Shown: positions 40,830 through 55,063 of the stretch, one piece after another
Layout of the letters: every line of letters starts with the position of its first letter
Position numbering within the stretch: the first letter of the stretch is position 1
The notes under the pieces: model-generated
Seen by the model: only the letters and a program-made list of their open reading frames with translations
Databases searched by the model: none
What the model was told of the DNA's origin: nothing
Position numbers and translations under genes: made by a program
Source of the DNA: Stegostoma tigrinum
Lineage: Eukaryota
Assembly (NCBI RefSeq): GCF_030684315.1
Contig: NC_081397.1
Span: forward strand, 11,990,421-12,054,420
Length of the DNA stretch: 64,000 nucleotides
Direction of reading: 5' to 3'

Positions 40830-41437
40830 TGTGTCCCTCTCTCCGTCCCTCTCTCTGTCCCTCTCTCTGTCCCTCTCTCTGTCCCTCTCTCTGTCCCTCT
40901 TTCTCTGTCCCTCTTTCTCTGTCCCTCTTTCTCTGTCCCTCTTTCTCTGTCCCTCTCTCTCTGTCCCTCTTTCTCTGTCCCTCTTTCTCTGTCCCTCTCT
41001 CTGTCCCTCTCTCTCTGTCCCTCTCTCTCTGTCCCTCTCTCTCTGTCCCTCTCTCTCTGTCCCTCTTTCTCTGTCCCTCTCTCTGTCCCTCTTTCTCTGT
41101 CCCTCTCTCTCTGTCCCTCTTTCTCTGTCCCTCTTTCTCTGTCCCTCTTTCTCTGTCCCTCTTTCTCTGTCCCTCTTTCTCTGTCCCTCTCTCTGTCCCT
41201 CTCTCTCTGTCCCTCTCTCTCTGTCCCTCTCTCTCTGTCCCTCTCTCTCTGTCCCTCTCTCTCTGTCCCTCTTTCTCTGTCCCTCTCTCTGTCCCTCTCT
41301 CTCTGTCCCTCTCTCTCTGTCCCTCTTTCTCTGTCCCTCTTTCTCTGTCCCTCTTTCTCTGTCCCTCTCTCTGTCCCTCTCTCTGTCCCTCTTTCTCTGT
41401 CCCTCTCTCTCTCCCTCTCCCTGTCTCTCTCTCTCTG
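40830..41437. repeat. 10-12 bp pyrimidine-rich tandem repeat (CTCTCTGTCC / CTCTTTCTCTGTCC)n
   Basis: Direct; lies in the intron between the two paralog-B exons. Confidence 0.97.
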
Positions 41438-41535
41438 CAAGGAGACAACGGTGACTCTACATGAACCACCTGCTAAAAACATAACTTTGCTGATTAAAAA
41501 TTAACTGCCAGCTTTTTCACTACAAAATAACTTAC

Positions 41536-41567
41536 ATGTTTCCCGCCTGATGCAACATCACAGTGAG
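41536..41567 (-). CDS. 32-nt penultimate exon, paralog B (xHCDVASGGKH), phase 1 to 0
   Basis: cttttcttttatttacAG|...|GTAAGT; same phases as the 35-nt exon at 57150; in frame with 38407. Confidence 0.7.
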
Positions 41568-41599
41568 CTGTAAATAAAAGAAAAGACACTTTATTGACA

Positions 41600-44500
41600 G
41601 AATGTATCTAAATGCACGGGGAGAGGGTGTAGAGGCAGCTTCACCAGGATGTTGCTTTCGACACTGGAGAGTGCCAGTGATGGAGAGAGATTGGACAGAC
41701 TGGGGTTCTTATCGTCAGAGCAGAGGAGATTGAGATGCTGGACACGATTGGGATGTATCAAATGATGAGGGACCATAGATTGGGTGAGCAGGAAGAAACG
41801 TTTCCTCCTTGATGGAGGGACCAATGAGGTACAACGTTTTCACCCAGAGGCTGGTGGGGAACCTGGAAATCGCTACCTGCGAAGGTGGGAGAGGGAGAAA
41901 CCCTCATCACATTGAAGATGGATTTTGATGTGCACCTGGGATGCCAAGGCAATGGGCTGAGTGCTGGGGAAATGGAATTAGAGAATGGTGAGGTGGTGTT
42001 TTTAACTGGCACAGGCTCGATGGGCCTTTTACTGGCGCTGGAGACCTCTCCGACACTGTGACTAGCTCACTTTGGGATGTGTGTTCTACATCCAGTATAC
42101 TACTTAGATGTAACGCGATTTTGTCCATGTCAGTTTCTGAGGGAAGGGGGTTGTCTTATGAGGAGAGATTGAGCAGTTTCGGCCAATAATCTCTGGAGTT
42201 TAGAAGCATAAGAGAAGATCTAACTGAGGGATATAAGATGGAAAGGAGAAGGAAAGAGAATGATTGCTCATGTGGGACTATCTAGCACAAGAGTTCAACA
42301 TTTCAGGAGAAGGTGGTGGTACAGATTGAAAACAGAGATAAAGAGGAATGGCTTCTCTCCAAGGGAGAGAGGGATGTGAATCTGGGGAATTTGCTGTGCT
42401 GTGTGTACTGCTGTTCCTGAGTGTGTGGGGAATGTTGGGACACTGAATAAGTTGGAGGAGGAGACAGACAGATTTGTAATCTATGATGGGGAATGGGAGT
42501 AGGGGCAGGAAACTGGATCTGAGGCCAAGATAGGATCAGCTGTGCCGTATCAAATGGGGCCACAGGCACCCAAGAGGCTGAATGGTCTCCTCCTGCTCCT
42601 AGCCCTGAAGTTGTATTGGTCAATCAGTTGCCTGAGCGCATTTTAGTGTGGGTGGTACAGACAGTAGCAACAGAAAGCTCTTATTCTGAGGTGCTAAAGT
42701 GTGTAATCCATTACAGGTCACTCAGTAAGAGTCAATGTAAGACCCATATGATAACAGCAAAATTAGGCTGTTTGGCCCATCGAGTCCGCTCTGCCATATG
42801 ATTGTGGCCGAGAACCCCATTCTCCTGCCTTCTCCCCCTCGGCCTTGATCTCTTTACCAATTAAGAACCTATCTATCACTGTCTTAAAGACATTCAATGA
42901 GTTCCGCAGATTCGCCACCCTCTGGCTGAAGAAGTTCCTGCTCATCTCAGTTCGAAAAGATCATCCCTTCATGCTAAGGCTGTGCCCATCATGTCATGGT
43001 CTCTATCCAGGCCTCTCAGTATTCTGTAAGTTTGAATCGGATTCTCCCTCATCCTTCTAAGCTCCACTGAGCACAGACACACAGTCCTCCCCACTCCTCA
43101 TTAGACAAGCCCTTCATTCCTGGGATCTTGTAAATCTCCTGTGGACCCCCATCCAAGGCCAGCACATCCTTCCTGAAATACAGGGCCCAAAGCTGCTCAC
43201 AATATTCCAAATACGATCTGACCAGAGCCTTATACAGCTTCAGCAGTACATCTGTTCTTGTATTCTAGCCCTCTTGAAATGAACTGCCGAATGAACTTGC
43301 ATGTTAACCTGAAGAGAATCCTGAAGTAAGGCTTTAGATTTCCGAAGACTTCCCCCTTTGAAAAATGGTCGATGCCTCTATTCCCACCAAAGTGCATAGC
43401 CTCACACTTTTCCCCATTGTATTCCATATGCTATATCTTTGCCCTCTCTCCGAGCCTGTTCAATTCCTTCGGCAGCCTCTCTGCTTCCTCACCATTACCT
43501 GTCCCTCCACCAAACTTCCGGTCACCACAGAAACAGGAAATGACAATGCTCCTCGTATGAACAATGCTGGACCCAGAGCGAATATCTCCTTGCCCCAGAG
43601 ACCCAGGCCAGAAGGGACCACACTCAGACATGAAGCAGTTGTAATGCGGTAACAAACAGATTGATGTTCCAGTGCCCAAACTTTCGGTGTCTCCTTGAAA
43701 CAAAATGAACAATATAGCAGTTAGCTCTCAGTGTACATTTCCCTCTTCCAATTCAATTCAATGACTGCTGCTTGGAATTCCCGTGTGTGTCTATGTTTGG
43801 CTTGGACTACTATGGTTACCGTGTCCCAATTAAACTGATGGCCTTCACTGTCAGTGTACCAATATTAAGAAGAGTTTATTGTGCCATTTTGCTGCTAGCA
43901 GATGTTCATGTGTCCTGATGGCTAGTTTCCTTCCTGTCTGTCTAAGATAATGGTTTCAGCAGTTGTTGCTTGGTATTTTGTCGACCACATTGGTTTTGCA
44001 TGTTGTGAGAATGCGGTCTTTCATCCTTTTGAGTGTTTATCATAAAGTGGCTGTGGGCTTGTGTGCTCCCCTGATTCCTAGTGGTCTTAGGAGACTTCTT
44101 GTCTGTTCTGATATGTTCTTGATGTAGGGAATGTGGTCAGTGTGTTAGGGCGTACTATGTCCTCCTGTTGTCCGAAATAAATGTTGACTCCCGGGGCAAC
44201 TCCATCCTGACTGTATACCACTGTGCCACCACCTCTGCAGGGTCTGTCCTGCTGGTGGGACATGACATCTCCAGGGATGGTGATGGTGGTGTCTGGGACA
44301 TTGTCTGTAAGGTATGATTCTGAGTATAATGCTGACTCTCCGGATTTTGACACGAGCCCCCACATGTTAGGAAGCAGGACGTGGCAGGGCTGACAGGGCT
44401 GTTTCAGGTCTGTTGTCTTTTCCGGTGCCTAGGTCGATGCTGGGTGATCCATCCCATTTCATTTCATTATTCAGAACTTGTCGCGATGAATACGACTGAA

Positions 44501-44600
44501 TGGCTTGCTCTTTCATTTCAAAGGGTCAACCCTGATTACAGGTCACTGGACTTGAAACATTAACTTTGTTTCTCTCTCTCCACAGATGCTGCCAGACCTG
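41600..44600. mobile_element. Patchwork of old CR1, Penelope (about 43760-44180) and other LINE fragments
   Basis: RNFFSQRVANL; MEYNGEKCEAMHFG; endonuclease-like RQDR..RGGGTVVY. Confidence 0.7.
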
Positions 44601-45332
44601 CTGAGTTTCACCAGAACTTTGTGTTTCTCACCTGCAACATTAAGTTTGTTCCTCTTTCTCTCCCTCTCCATAATCCGGCTAAGATTTTGAAATTTGCCAT
44701 TCTTGCTGTCTTCTCCTGATTGATGCAAGATGAAAAGCTTCAAACAGAATCTGTTCATTTTCCAGGTGCAGTCCTGCCAAGTGAATCTCGTCAAAGATTT
44801 CCAACTTCCCAAAGCATCGACTTAATGACCTAATCTTCTGGTGGCGGGGTGGGGTGGGAGGTTGACATTGGGGGTAGGTTTTATGGGGGTGAGCTGTCAA
44901 CTTCAGAGAGATACATGATCGCTATAACGGTTTGTACAAAGTACAGCTTTCTGTCGATATTTACTGTTTAAAAAGCAATTGATGCATCAATTACAGATCA
45001 TGGTCAATTCACCACAGTCTTACCAGATCATTAGAGCTGCTCTCCCGTTGGAGAGAGCGGATTGGATGGTGATGTAACCTGAGGGTCACTGCGCCTCAGG
45101 TGATGGAGGGATTCAAAAGGAGAGTCCTTCACGGTAACCCCATCCGGTGTATGAATTGAACCCACGCTGTTACCAATCTAATGCAAAGCAGCCATCGAGG
45201 AAAGCCCCCCCTCCCCCCAACCACATCCACTTCTGAGACAGGAAAAGTCGCTGATCTGGAAAGTGGTTGTAATTACAAAACAAATAGCCTTGCCCCTCTC
45301 CCCACCCCAACATCATTGGAGATAAAGAGCTT

Positions 45333-45966
45333 TGTAATGATACTGTAGCTTTAAGAGATTATTTTGTCCTGGTTTCTTTTGAGAGAGAGATTGAATGAGA
45401 GGTGTCGAGCTCGCTGGTGAAGACTGCTTGACTAAACAGCTTGAGTTTTATTTTGTCCAGGCTGAATGAGTGTGGCCAGCTCTCAGATCAGGATTTCTCG
45501 GTTTTGTTTCATTTCACGTGCACCTGAAGCTGTTGGGGTCTCAAATGCCTTTGAAGCTTCAGTGGATGTCTCCCGGCTCCTGCTGCCTCTGTATTTTCTG
45601 TTGACTCTTTATCCTCTTGGATTGGAGTTCTGCACGTGAGAATCTGTGTCTCAATTTTACATGTTTGTCAAGGAGTGTGTTTATGGGATGTTATTATTTT
45701 GAATCAGTTAATTAGCAATAGTTACTGTATCTACTGCTCTGTTACATTTCCAACAGAGTTAAGTTATTCTTAATTCTTCCTTCTTTTGTTGCATTTTAAC
45801 TGTCGTGTTTAAATCCATTGTTTTGTTTAACATTAAGTTGTTTGCCCAATTGCATTGCATCTGAAACAAGCACTTCACGTTCGCTTTTAAAAATAAAGTT
45901 AGGGTAGAGACTACCTTCTGAAAATATTTTGAGGGCGTCTGCCCTGGTCTAGTCTTGTCCATAACA
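45333..45966 (+). mobile_element. Possible solo LTR
   Basis: TGTAATG...CATAACA termini, about 630 bp, internal AATAAA; no clear target-site duplication. Confidence 0.4.
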
Positions 45967-47677
45967 GACTGAATAATTCCAAAGATTTATCTTGGGAAGA
46001 CAGACTGAGCAGTTTTGGCCGATACTCTCTGGACTTCAGAAGAATCAGAGGAGATCTAACTGAGGGATCCAAAATGCTGAAGTTGGGGGATTGAAAAAGG
46101 AGATGAAGAGAGGATGTTTCCTCATGTGGGAAAATCTAGAATGAGATGTCATCAAGTGAAGATAAGGGGTTGGGGCAGATTGAAAATGGACATGAGGAGG
46201 AATGGCTTTTCTCGAAGGTTGGGGAGAAGGGGCATGTCTAACCTGCACATCCATTGGAGCATACCAGGAAACAGGAGCACCTGGAGGAAACCCACACCAA
46301 CACAGGAAAAATGTGCAAACTTCACACGGACAGTCACCTGAGGCTAAAATCAAAGCTGGATCCCTCACACTGTGCAGCAGCTGCGCTAACCACTGAGCCA
46401 CTATGTCACCCATTGAGCCTGTTCCACCTTTCAGTCTGTTCCTTCACACCATTAACTTGCCTTTAGCCCCCATCCCCTTATTACCTCAGCCAAACAAAAA
46501 TCTGTCAGATTGGAAACTAACCACTGATCCAGCCACTGCTGTGTTTGTGGAAAAGAGATTTCAACCTCGATAACGCTTTGTATGTCATCATTTAATGGAA
46601 CGCTTTCAGCCTAACTGTTGCGACGTACCATGGCCATCCAAATACGAAGCAGTTCTTCCTTTTTTTTAAACAGAATTTGCCTTACACCTGTGAATGCTCT
46701 CAGTTTCGATTATAAACTCTGGAAAATGCCCCCCACCCCCAACTCCCCCGATCATGTGTCATTTGCTTATGGAGAGAAATCTACTGGTTGAATTCCTGTA
46801 GCCACAGGTTTTGGGGCAGGCTTTTTGTTTGCCAAAGAGGTACATCATGCTTTTTGCCCCAAGTTTGTACATTTGCTTTAGAAGTCCCGTAGCCAGTGGC
46901 AGGCAGCAGGGACTAACGTCCAACTGGAAAGCTGAGCCCAGAATATCAGGATGGAGCTGGGTAATACTTTGCGACAGAGAATAGAGGAGAAAGTGGGAGA
47001 AAGAAACAGAGTGGTGATAAGGGAGGGTCCTGGGAATGAAGCTTCATAGAATTGAGATGCCTGGTCAATTTGTTCATTTCGAAAGCTTGTGACATCTCAC
47101 AAAAAAGTAATAGAGTCACAGAGTACAGAAACAGGCCCTTTGGCATAACTTGTCCATGTCAACTGGGCTTCCCATAATAAACTAGTCTCATTGACCTGCA
47201 AATCCATTTTGTTCCCTGTCCAATTTAATAATATCTTTCCTTTTCCTAAGGTACCAGAATTATACACAGTAATCTAAAAGTGGCCAGACCAATGTCCTGT
47301 ACAATGGCAACATGACGTCCCAAATCCTATTATCAATGGTCTGACTGATGGATGCAAAAATGAAATCTGGATGGTGGCATGTGATCAGGAATGTAACTTT
47401 AATACAACAGAGTCTCACAGCACTGGAGAGTCTTTTTGATCCATCCAGACTATACCGACTAACAATAAAGGATGTTCCCAGTCACGATGGGGCAGTCCAG
47501 AACCAGGGGGTGACGGTCTAAATGGGAAGCGTAGGACTGAGTTGAGGAAAAATGTCTTCACCCAGAAAGTGGGGAGCATGTGGGATTCTCTGCCACAGCA
47601 AGTGATTGGGCCCAAAACATTGAATGTGACTCCATCTCTCAGTCCTGTAATCATCTCTCTATATCTGTCTCTCCCTG

Positions 47678-47711
<34 letters not shown>

Positions 47712-50700
47712 CTGTCATCATCCTTTTCTCTCCCTTCATCCTGCACTCATCTGACTTTCTCTCCCTCACCCGACCCTCACTTCCAGAAATTTTAATTGCA
47801 GGCTCAAGCGCGCGAATCAGTTTGAATTATTTTAGCACCTCCTAACAGCCCGGTCCTGGCATCTCAGTCGTATGTGAATAATCTGGGAGATAAATGCACA
47901 CAATGTTTCATTTATATATACATATGTAACACCCACTGACAGAAAGTAAACATGGAAAACACCTTCACATGCATCGCACGGGTCCACATGTAAAGTCAAC
48001 CTCTTTCTGTCTGGGAGGGGAAACACTTTGGGAATTCAATCAATTTCACCTCTGACATTCCTGAAAAAGAAAATAAATAGGAGCAGAGAATGACGCCACT
48101 CGGTCCATCTCCCAGTGGTGTAATTTGTAATCTGTGACCATCCATCTCCCTGAGAGCATTACAAACTAGTTTCTCCCCACCTCACAATTTTCTCCCTTTA
48201 ACTGCAGCAAGTAAAAGGAACACATTAAACAGTTATACAGCAGAAACAGATCCTTCAGCCCAACCTGTCCATGCCAGCCAGGTTTTCTAATCTATCCTAC
48301 TCCCATTTGCCTGCATTTGACCCATGTCCCTCTAAACCTTTCCTATGCATGTCCCTGTTTAAATGCCTATTAAATGTGTAATCGTATCTACATCTACAAC
48401 ATCCTCTCCCAACTCATCCCATACACACACCACTCTCTGTGTGAAACAGTTGTCCATTAGGTCCCTTTTAGATCTCTCACCTTAAACCTACGCCGTTTAG
48501 TTTTGGACTCCCCCGCCCTGGGGAAACGACCTTGGCTATTCACCTTATCTCTGGCTTTCATGATTTTGTTGGCCTCTGTAAGATCACCCAGCAACCTCCA
48601 CTCTCGGGGGAAAAAAGTCCCAGCCTAATTAGCCCCTCCCTACAACTGAAACCCTCCATTCCCAGTAACATCCTTGTCAATCTTTCCAGTTTAATAATAT
48701 CCTGTCCACTGCATTTAATGCATTTCTGTTTTGGTCATTTAAGGATTTCTCATGATCAATCTTGCCAATGGATCCACCAAAGAGAATGAATTGCCTCCAG
48801 TTATCCCTTCCCTTTCGCTCCCATCAATAAGCTGGATAAACACGACCGACTTGTGCACAGCCTTTCCAAATCGTACATGATCTCGAGAGACCGACTCCCC
48901 ACCCCTGGGAGACAATCTAAAGGGAGAGATTAGGGTCCAGCTTCTGCAGATCAGTCTGCAGCTCTAAACCTTCTGGCACGGGGTCGGGGGGGAGGGGGGG
49001 GGGAGCTCCAGTGGCTTCTGTGGATGAACTTGTGCTAGAGAGAACAGAAAATGATACTTACCACCCAGAGACAAGTCGAATGGACTGCCTGCAACCGGAA
49101 CACACAAGAAAAGGAACGAAACCTCATCTGTTGGTCCTTATCTGATAGAAACACTTGTCAGAAAGGCATGAGAACGGATGCAGAGTCGACAAACTCAAAA
49201 TCCTATCTCAATCTCTCTCTCTCTCTGCCCCACGCCCTCCCCTCCCTGACAGATGCTGTCAGACCGGTTGAGTTGCCCCAGTGCTCTCTATGTTGGTTTC
49301 AGATCTCCAGAACCCTGCACTGTGTTGCTTTTGCAACCTTACAAGCTGTGTTCCTTGCTTCAGACACCAGTGCCCCCACTCCTGGTGAAATGGTGTCCTC
49401 TGTTGTTCAAGCATAGAGGAAAGATATGGCTAACACATTTCAAAATAACATTGCATCACTGTCAGAAAGGATACACAGGACAATGAGACGACATTGCTTG
49501 GGAATGGTGTACATATGACCAGAGGATCAGAAGTAGGCCATTCAGCCCATCTGGCTGCTCCACCTTTCAACCATGACTGTGGCTGAACTGCTCATTCTTA
49601 ACTCTACTTTGCTGCCCATCCACCCCTTGCCCCATAACCTTTGCTTCTCCTTCCTGATTGAAAATCTCTCTCAAACTTGAATATACTGAATGACCCGGCA
49701 ATGACAGCCCTCTGTGGTAAAGAACTTCACAGATTCACTCCCGTCAGAAGAAGAAATTCCTCATCTCCATCTTCAATGGACGAACGCCTATGACATGATG
49801 CCCCTCTGGACCCAAATTCTCCCACACGAGGGGCAATGGCTCCCGGTCAAATTCCTCAAAGGATCTTCAATGAGGCCTCCTCTCATTCCTATAAACTCCA
49901 ATGAGGATAGGCCCAACAGACTCAATCTCTCCCTCATCAGACACTCCCTCCATACTCGGGATCAGCCGAGTGAACCTTCTTTGAACCTGCCTCCAATGCT
50001 AGACTCTCCTTCCTTAGATACGAGGCCACAAAACTGCTCACCGTATCCCAGCTCTGTCTTGTATGGTTTTCTTTAGAAAAATTTCCCAACATTTATCTCA
50101 CATTGAAGGCTAACCTTTCGGGCCTCGACCCGATGTTTCGTCTAAATCCTTCTTCTGAAGAAGGATCTCGGCCCGGAACGTCAGCTTTCCTGCTCTTCTG
50201 ATGCTGCTGGGTCTGCTGTGTTTATCCAGCTCTACACCTTGTTATCTTAGATTCTCCAGCATCTGCAGTTCTACTATCTCTGAAACAATTTTAACCTGGA
50301 TTGCAAGAAATAGTTTTCATCTGAAATCCTCAAGCAGTTGAGAATCTCTGTCCCTTTGTGATTTACAGCTGGTTTTGAGGGCGTTGCTAACATACCACAA
50401 CATCAGACAGAGTTACAGCGTGCCATGGTGTGATTGGAGATCCCCAGTGGGCAGATTTTATGCCATTCCCACTCAGTGGGCGATATGTACTCGCTGAGGA
50501 ACAAGCTATGGTAGTTCTATCCCTCTGTAAAATCAGCAATTACCACAAATCTGCCTTATTTATTTCCTCTTTCTGTCCCTCCTCTGTCCCACCCTGTAAT
50601 CAATTCTCCTTCTCTGTTTACATTTAAAACAAATGCATTCCCCTTTGAATCGACTTTTTTTGAAAAAATGCTAATCTGTTTCCGACTCTCTTGCAATTTA

Positions 50701-51310
50701 TTGCACGTGGCTGTTACTTTAGCCCTCTGTTTGCTGTATTTGGGCAGTTTAATTGTTGACTTCATGGCAGATCGGTCCTTTTTACAGCAGAACTCCCAGG
50801 TTTCCCCTTGTTTCCTGTGGCTATCGGCCTGAAGAAGGCTAATATCAGAAATGTTGACTGCTCCTTTCCTCCACATGCTGCCTGGCTTGTCCTTCCAGCC
50901 TCCCGTTTGTCTGTCTCGACTGTATCTTCAGCTAAAGGGGAGGGCATGGCTCAGTGAATGTCTACGTGTGTGTGTGTGTGTCACAGAGAGCGAGAGAGAG
51001 GGCGTGTTTCATTGAAAGGAAGAGTTTGGAGGTTTAAAGGGGATGTGAGGTAAAAGGTTTTTACCCAGAGAGTGCTGGGGAATCTGGTACTCACTGCCTG
51101 TGAGGGTGGGAGAGGCATAAACCCTCATCACATTGAAGAAGGATTTAGATGTGCACTTGTGATTCAAAGGCTATGGGCCAACTGCTGGGAAAATGGGATT
51201 AGGGAATAGGGATAGATAGGAGGAACTGCAGATGCTGGAGAATCTGAGATAACAAAGTGTCGAGCTGGATGAACACAGCAGCCAACCAGCATCAGACGAG
51301 CAGGAAGACT

Positions 51311-51338
51311 GATGTTTCGGGCCTAGACCCTTCTTCAG
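51311..51338 (-). ncRNA. Hammerhead motif variant in a Penelope terminal repeat
   Basis: CTGAAGA-AGGGTCTAGGCCC-GAAACATC. Confidence 0.55.
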
Positions 51339-51509
51339 CAATGCTTAAGAATCTTGCTGCATTGACCCCCATCACCAAACCCCAACCTGTCCATTCTTCT
51401 CAGGGTTTTCGAAATTGCATTGAGATCATCTCTTGATCTCCCAGATCCGGATGATACAGAGTGCCCAAACTCCCTTCCCAGCTCACTGCCTCATTGTGAA
51501 AAATGTGCG

Positions 51510-52350
51510 CAATCACACACTCTCTCTCTCACAGACTCACACACACACACGCTCATGCATGTAGATTCACACACATAGTCAGACTCTCACACACACTCAC
51601 ACCAGCCTTCCCCTCACTCTATGCTCCACATCCTGTTTCCGCTCAGTCTCACCCCAACTCCATCCTCCTTGACTAACCCCCACCCCCACAATTCAGTCCC
51701 TTTTCTCGCTATTCTCCCTCTCACGCACCGCACACGCACAAAGACACGCACACACTGACATGGTCACATATTCACACACAGTCTGACAGACACATACACA
51801 CTGGAACAATTTCACACACACGTCCTTCACAGGTGCGTGTGCACACACACGGTCTGACACACAGTCACACCAGTTTGCATTCACACAAACACATGTTTGC
51901 TCAAACAAATTCATTCACAAAATTACATTGAATATCACACACCCACACACACTCAGAACTGTCATAATCTCTCTCACATTCCCTTACACATTCACATGCA
52001 ATCACAGTTTATGCTCAGACTCTTGTACAAACTCACATTATCTCACACATAATTTCAAACAAACTCACACTCACCCACATACAGCCTCTTAAACTCACAG
52101 AAAAACACATTCACAACACACTCTTGCTCTCTCTCGCACACACACACTCTCACACACTGTCACACACATTCACGCACAGCCACACAAAACATCCTACGCG
52201 CACATTTAATCTCACAAAACATCTCAGACGGTCGTTGACATAAACTTTCCTCAAACATTTTCTCTCACACATACTCCTTCCCTTACCCTCTACCCCTCCC
52301 TATCACGATATCTCACCCTCCATCCCGCACCCCCCCACCTCCCTCCCACC
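51510..52350. repeat. Degenerate CA-rich low-complexity tract
   Basis: Direct. Confidence 0.85.
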
Positions 52351-52749
52351 CACACATGAGCGACGGATGGAAGGGGCGATGCTGGTGACCCAGGGGAGAC
52401 TGTGGCTGACGTGTTGGCTCACTGCACCTTGCATCACCTTCCCGTCCCTGAGAGTAATCCCCAAGTTCGGTCTCTGATACCCGCCTCACATTGGATCACC
52501 GGGGGTTCCACCAACGCACCTTGATTTTAAAAAAGAAATCCACCAATTTGTTGTGTGTTACAATTTTATTCATCTCCAAAGGCAGCATTGTTGTGTACAA
52601 AAGCAAATATCATCAAGAAATTACATTTACAATAACACAGCGACAGATTAAACCCATCCCAATGTACACCATCCATGAACAATACTTTCCATTGCTTCAT
52701 AAACACTGGGACCATTGTGTTTTCATTTAGTTTTCCATCTCAACACAGG

Positions 52750-53540
52750 GTTCGGAGGGAGGGGGAGCTGTGAAGGAGGATGCAGAGATGCTTCCATGCC
52801 ATTGGGTCAAATTGAGTGAGTGGGCAAATGCACGGCTGATGCAGTTTGATGTGGATTGATGTGAGGCTACCACTTTGGGAGAAATAAGAAAACAGGAATG
52901 CAGATTATTATCGAAATGGTGATGGATCGGGAAAGCAGCATGGAGGACAGGAGTTGGAACATCATGTTGTGGCTGTACAAGGCATTGATAAGGATATTCT
53001 TGTTGCATTGTGTACAGTTCTGGTCATGTTGCTACAGGAAGGATGTTATTCAATTGGAAAGGGTGAAAAAAATGAACATAACCATGTTGTCAGGAATGGA
53101 GAGTTTGGGCTATAAGGATAGGCTGTTTTTTTTTTCCAGAGCATCGGAGGCTGAGGGGTGACCCTTTGAAGGTTTTAAAAATCATGAGGGACATAGATAA
53201 GGTGAAAGCCAAGGTCTTTAACCCCAGGGTTGGAGAGTCCAAAAGTGGAGGGCATAGGTTTAAGGTGAGAAGGGAAAGGTTTAGAAGGGGCCTGAGGGGC
53301 AAATCTTTCGCACAGACAGTGGTGGGTATATGGAATGAGCTGTCAGGGGAAGTGGCGGAGGTGGGTAAAATTATAAATATTTGAAAGAAATTTTGGCAGA
53401 TACATGGATAGGAAAGGTTGGAAGGGATATGGTTCAAACACAGGTAAACAGGGCTGGGTCAGTTTAGGAAACCAGGTTGGCATGGACGAGTTAGGCCGAA
53501 GAGTCACAGAGCACAGAAATAGCCCCGATGACTCTATGAT
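52750..53540 (+). mobile_element. CR1 LINE 3' fragment
   Basis: LYKALIR...CVQFWS; FAQTVVGIWNEL. Confidence 0.88.
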
Positions 53541-53929
53541 GAGGGGCACAAATGCTGTCTTTACCAGCAATGCCCCACATCCTTCGCCTGAACGAGGGGT
53601 CATCGTGATTAAAAAACAGCAATAAGCCAGTCACCATCCTTACTGGCTCGAATGTGAACAATTCATCAGCACAGTCCTGCTGTTCCATTCAAAGGTACCT
53701 GGTACCTATTGACCAGACCCTTTGGCCCTCGCGCTGGTGTTGTCCCTGTTGGTGTTCACCAGTTTGCAATCGGACTTGCGCTGCTCCTTTCTTGGTGGCC
53801 AGCAATTGTCAGATCCAGACGGCGTCGATGTTAAAATCTTAACGTCTTCTACCAAGCCTGTACTTACATCAACCCAAACCCTTTTGTGGTGCAGCGAGAG
53901 TGTCTGTATGTCGGGACTAAAAAGCCGAC

Positions 53930-54270
53930 ATTTTTTAATTCATGGGATGAGGGCATTGCTGGCCAGGCCAACATTTGTTGCCCATCCTTAGCTGTCCAGG
54001 GGGCTGTTAAAAATCAACCACTTTGCTGTGGGTCTGGAGTCACATGAAGGCCAGGCCAGGTAAGGATAGCAGTTTCCTTCCCTAAACCACGTGAGTGAAC
54101 CAGATGGGGTTTCCCAACAATTGATTCACAGTCACCATCAGACTCTCAATTACAGGATTTTGATGAATTTAAATTCCACAATCTGTGTTGCAGGATTTGA
54201 ACCCGGGTCCCCAGAACATCACTGGAACATCTGGATTAACAGTTCCGCAATAATCCCATGAGGCCATCGC
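53930..54270 (-). mobile_element. tRNA-derived SINE (second family; also about 60310-60610)
   Basis: B-box GGGTTCAAATCC on minus; shared body. Confidence 0.7.
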
Positions 54271-55063
54271 TTCCCCATTCAAAGGTCAAGCCTGCCACTC
54301 TGGAGGTGTGTGATCCCCCATCCTGACAATGTGGCGTTTCCAAAATACCTGCAGCGGAGAGAAACCCCCTACGTTCCCATTCCCACAATGGGTTTTGGAA
54401 TCTCAGAAAGCCGAGTTGAAGTGTCCAGCAGGGGTTTTGGTTCTTTGGGAGATCTAGTCTTTTCCGTATAGACTCTGTTTCATCCATGCCTTTTCTATCC
54501 AGTTTGTTCAGTGGCTTGCAGCTCAGTGTGTGTTCCTTCTGTGGGGCCAGAAGTTGCTCCTTCCAACCCCACACCCCAGGTCTCTTTCGCCCTGGAATGT
54601 AACCATTGAAATTGGCTGGTTTCTCCTTTTATATATCTCCCAACTGTCAGATCCTTCTGGCAATTCCTGTTCAAAGTTGGTCAGAATAGGGGAGATTCCT
54701 GTTCCATGCGCACAAGGTGGCAGATGATGTCTTCCTCCCCTTAAACATGGACCAACTGAAAAGCTCAATCCTCAGACATGTACATGAGAGGGAAGGAGAG
54801 GCAGGTATTAAATTTCCAAAGACCACAGCTGCTGAAATAGTTTTGAATTTACAAAACTAACGGCCTGCAATGTCCAGAACAGACCAACAGATGCAACAAC
54901 ATGAAATTAGCTTCACAATGAGTGGAGCAGAACAACGTGTGAAAGATGGTTTCCATCGCAAAGTTCACAAGTTTGCGATCTGTACACAGGAGTTACATTG
55001 TACCTCTTCACCAGACAGTCTATAAAAATCGAATGACCCGCCTCTCATCTGTCTTCTTCTTTC

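Noticed and set aside
40789-41482. Four ORFs of more than 200 aa
   Set aside because: Translations of a stop-free simple tandem repeat.
49062-49088. FcR-type signal-peptide mini-exon of a second receptor gene
   Set aside because: No signal exon upstream and no Ig exons downstream were found; kept only as an unassigned candidate exon.
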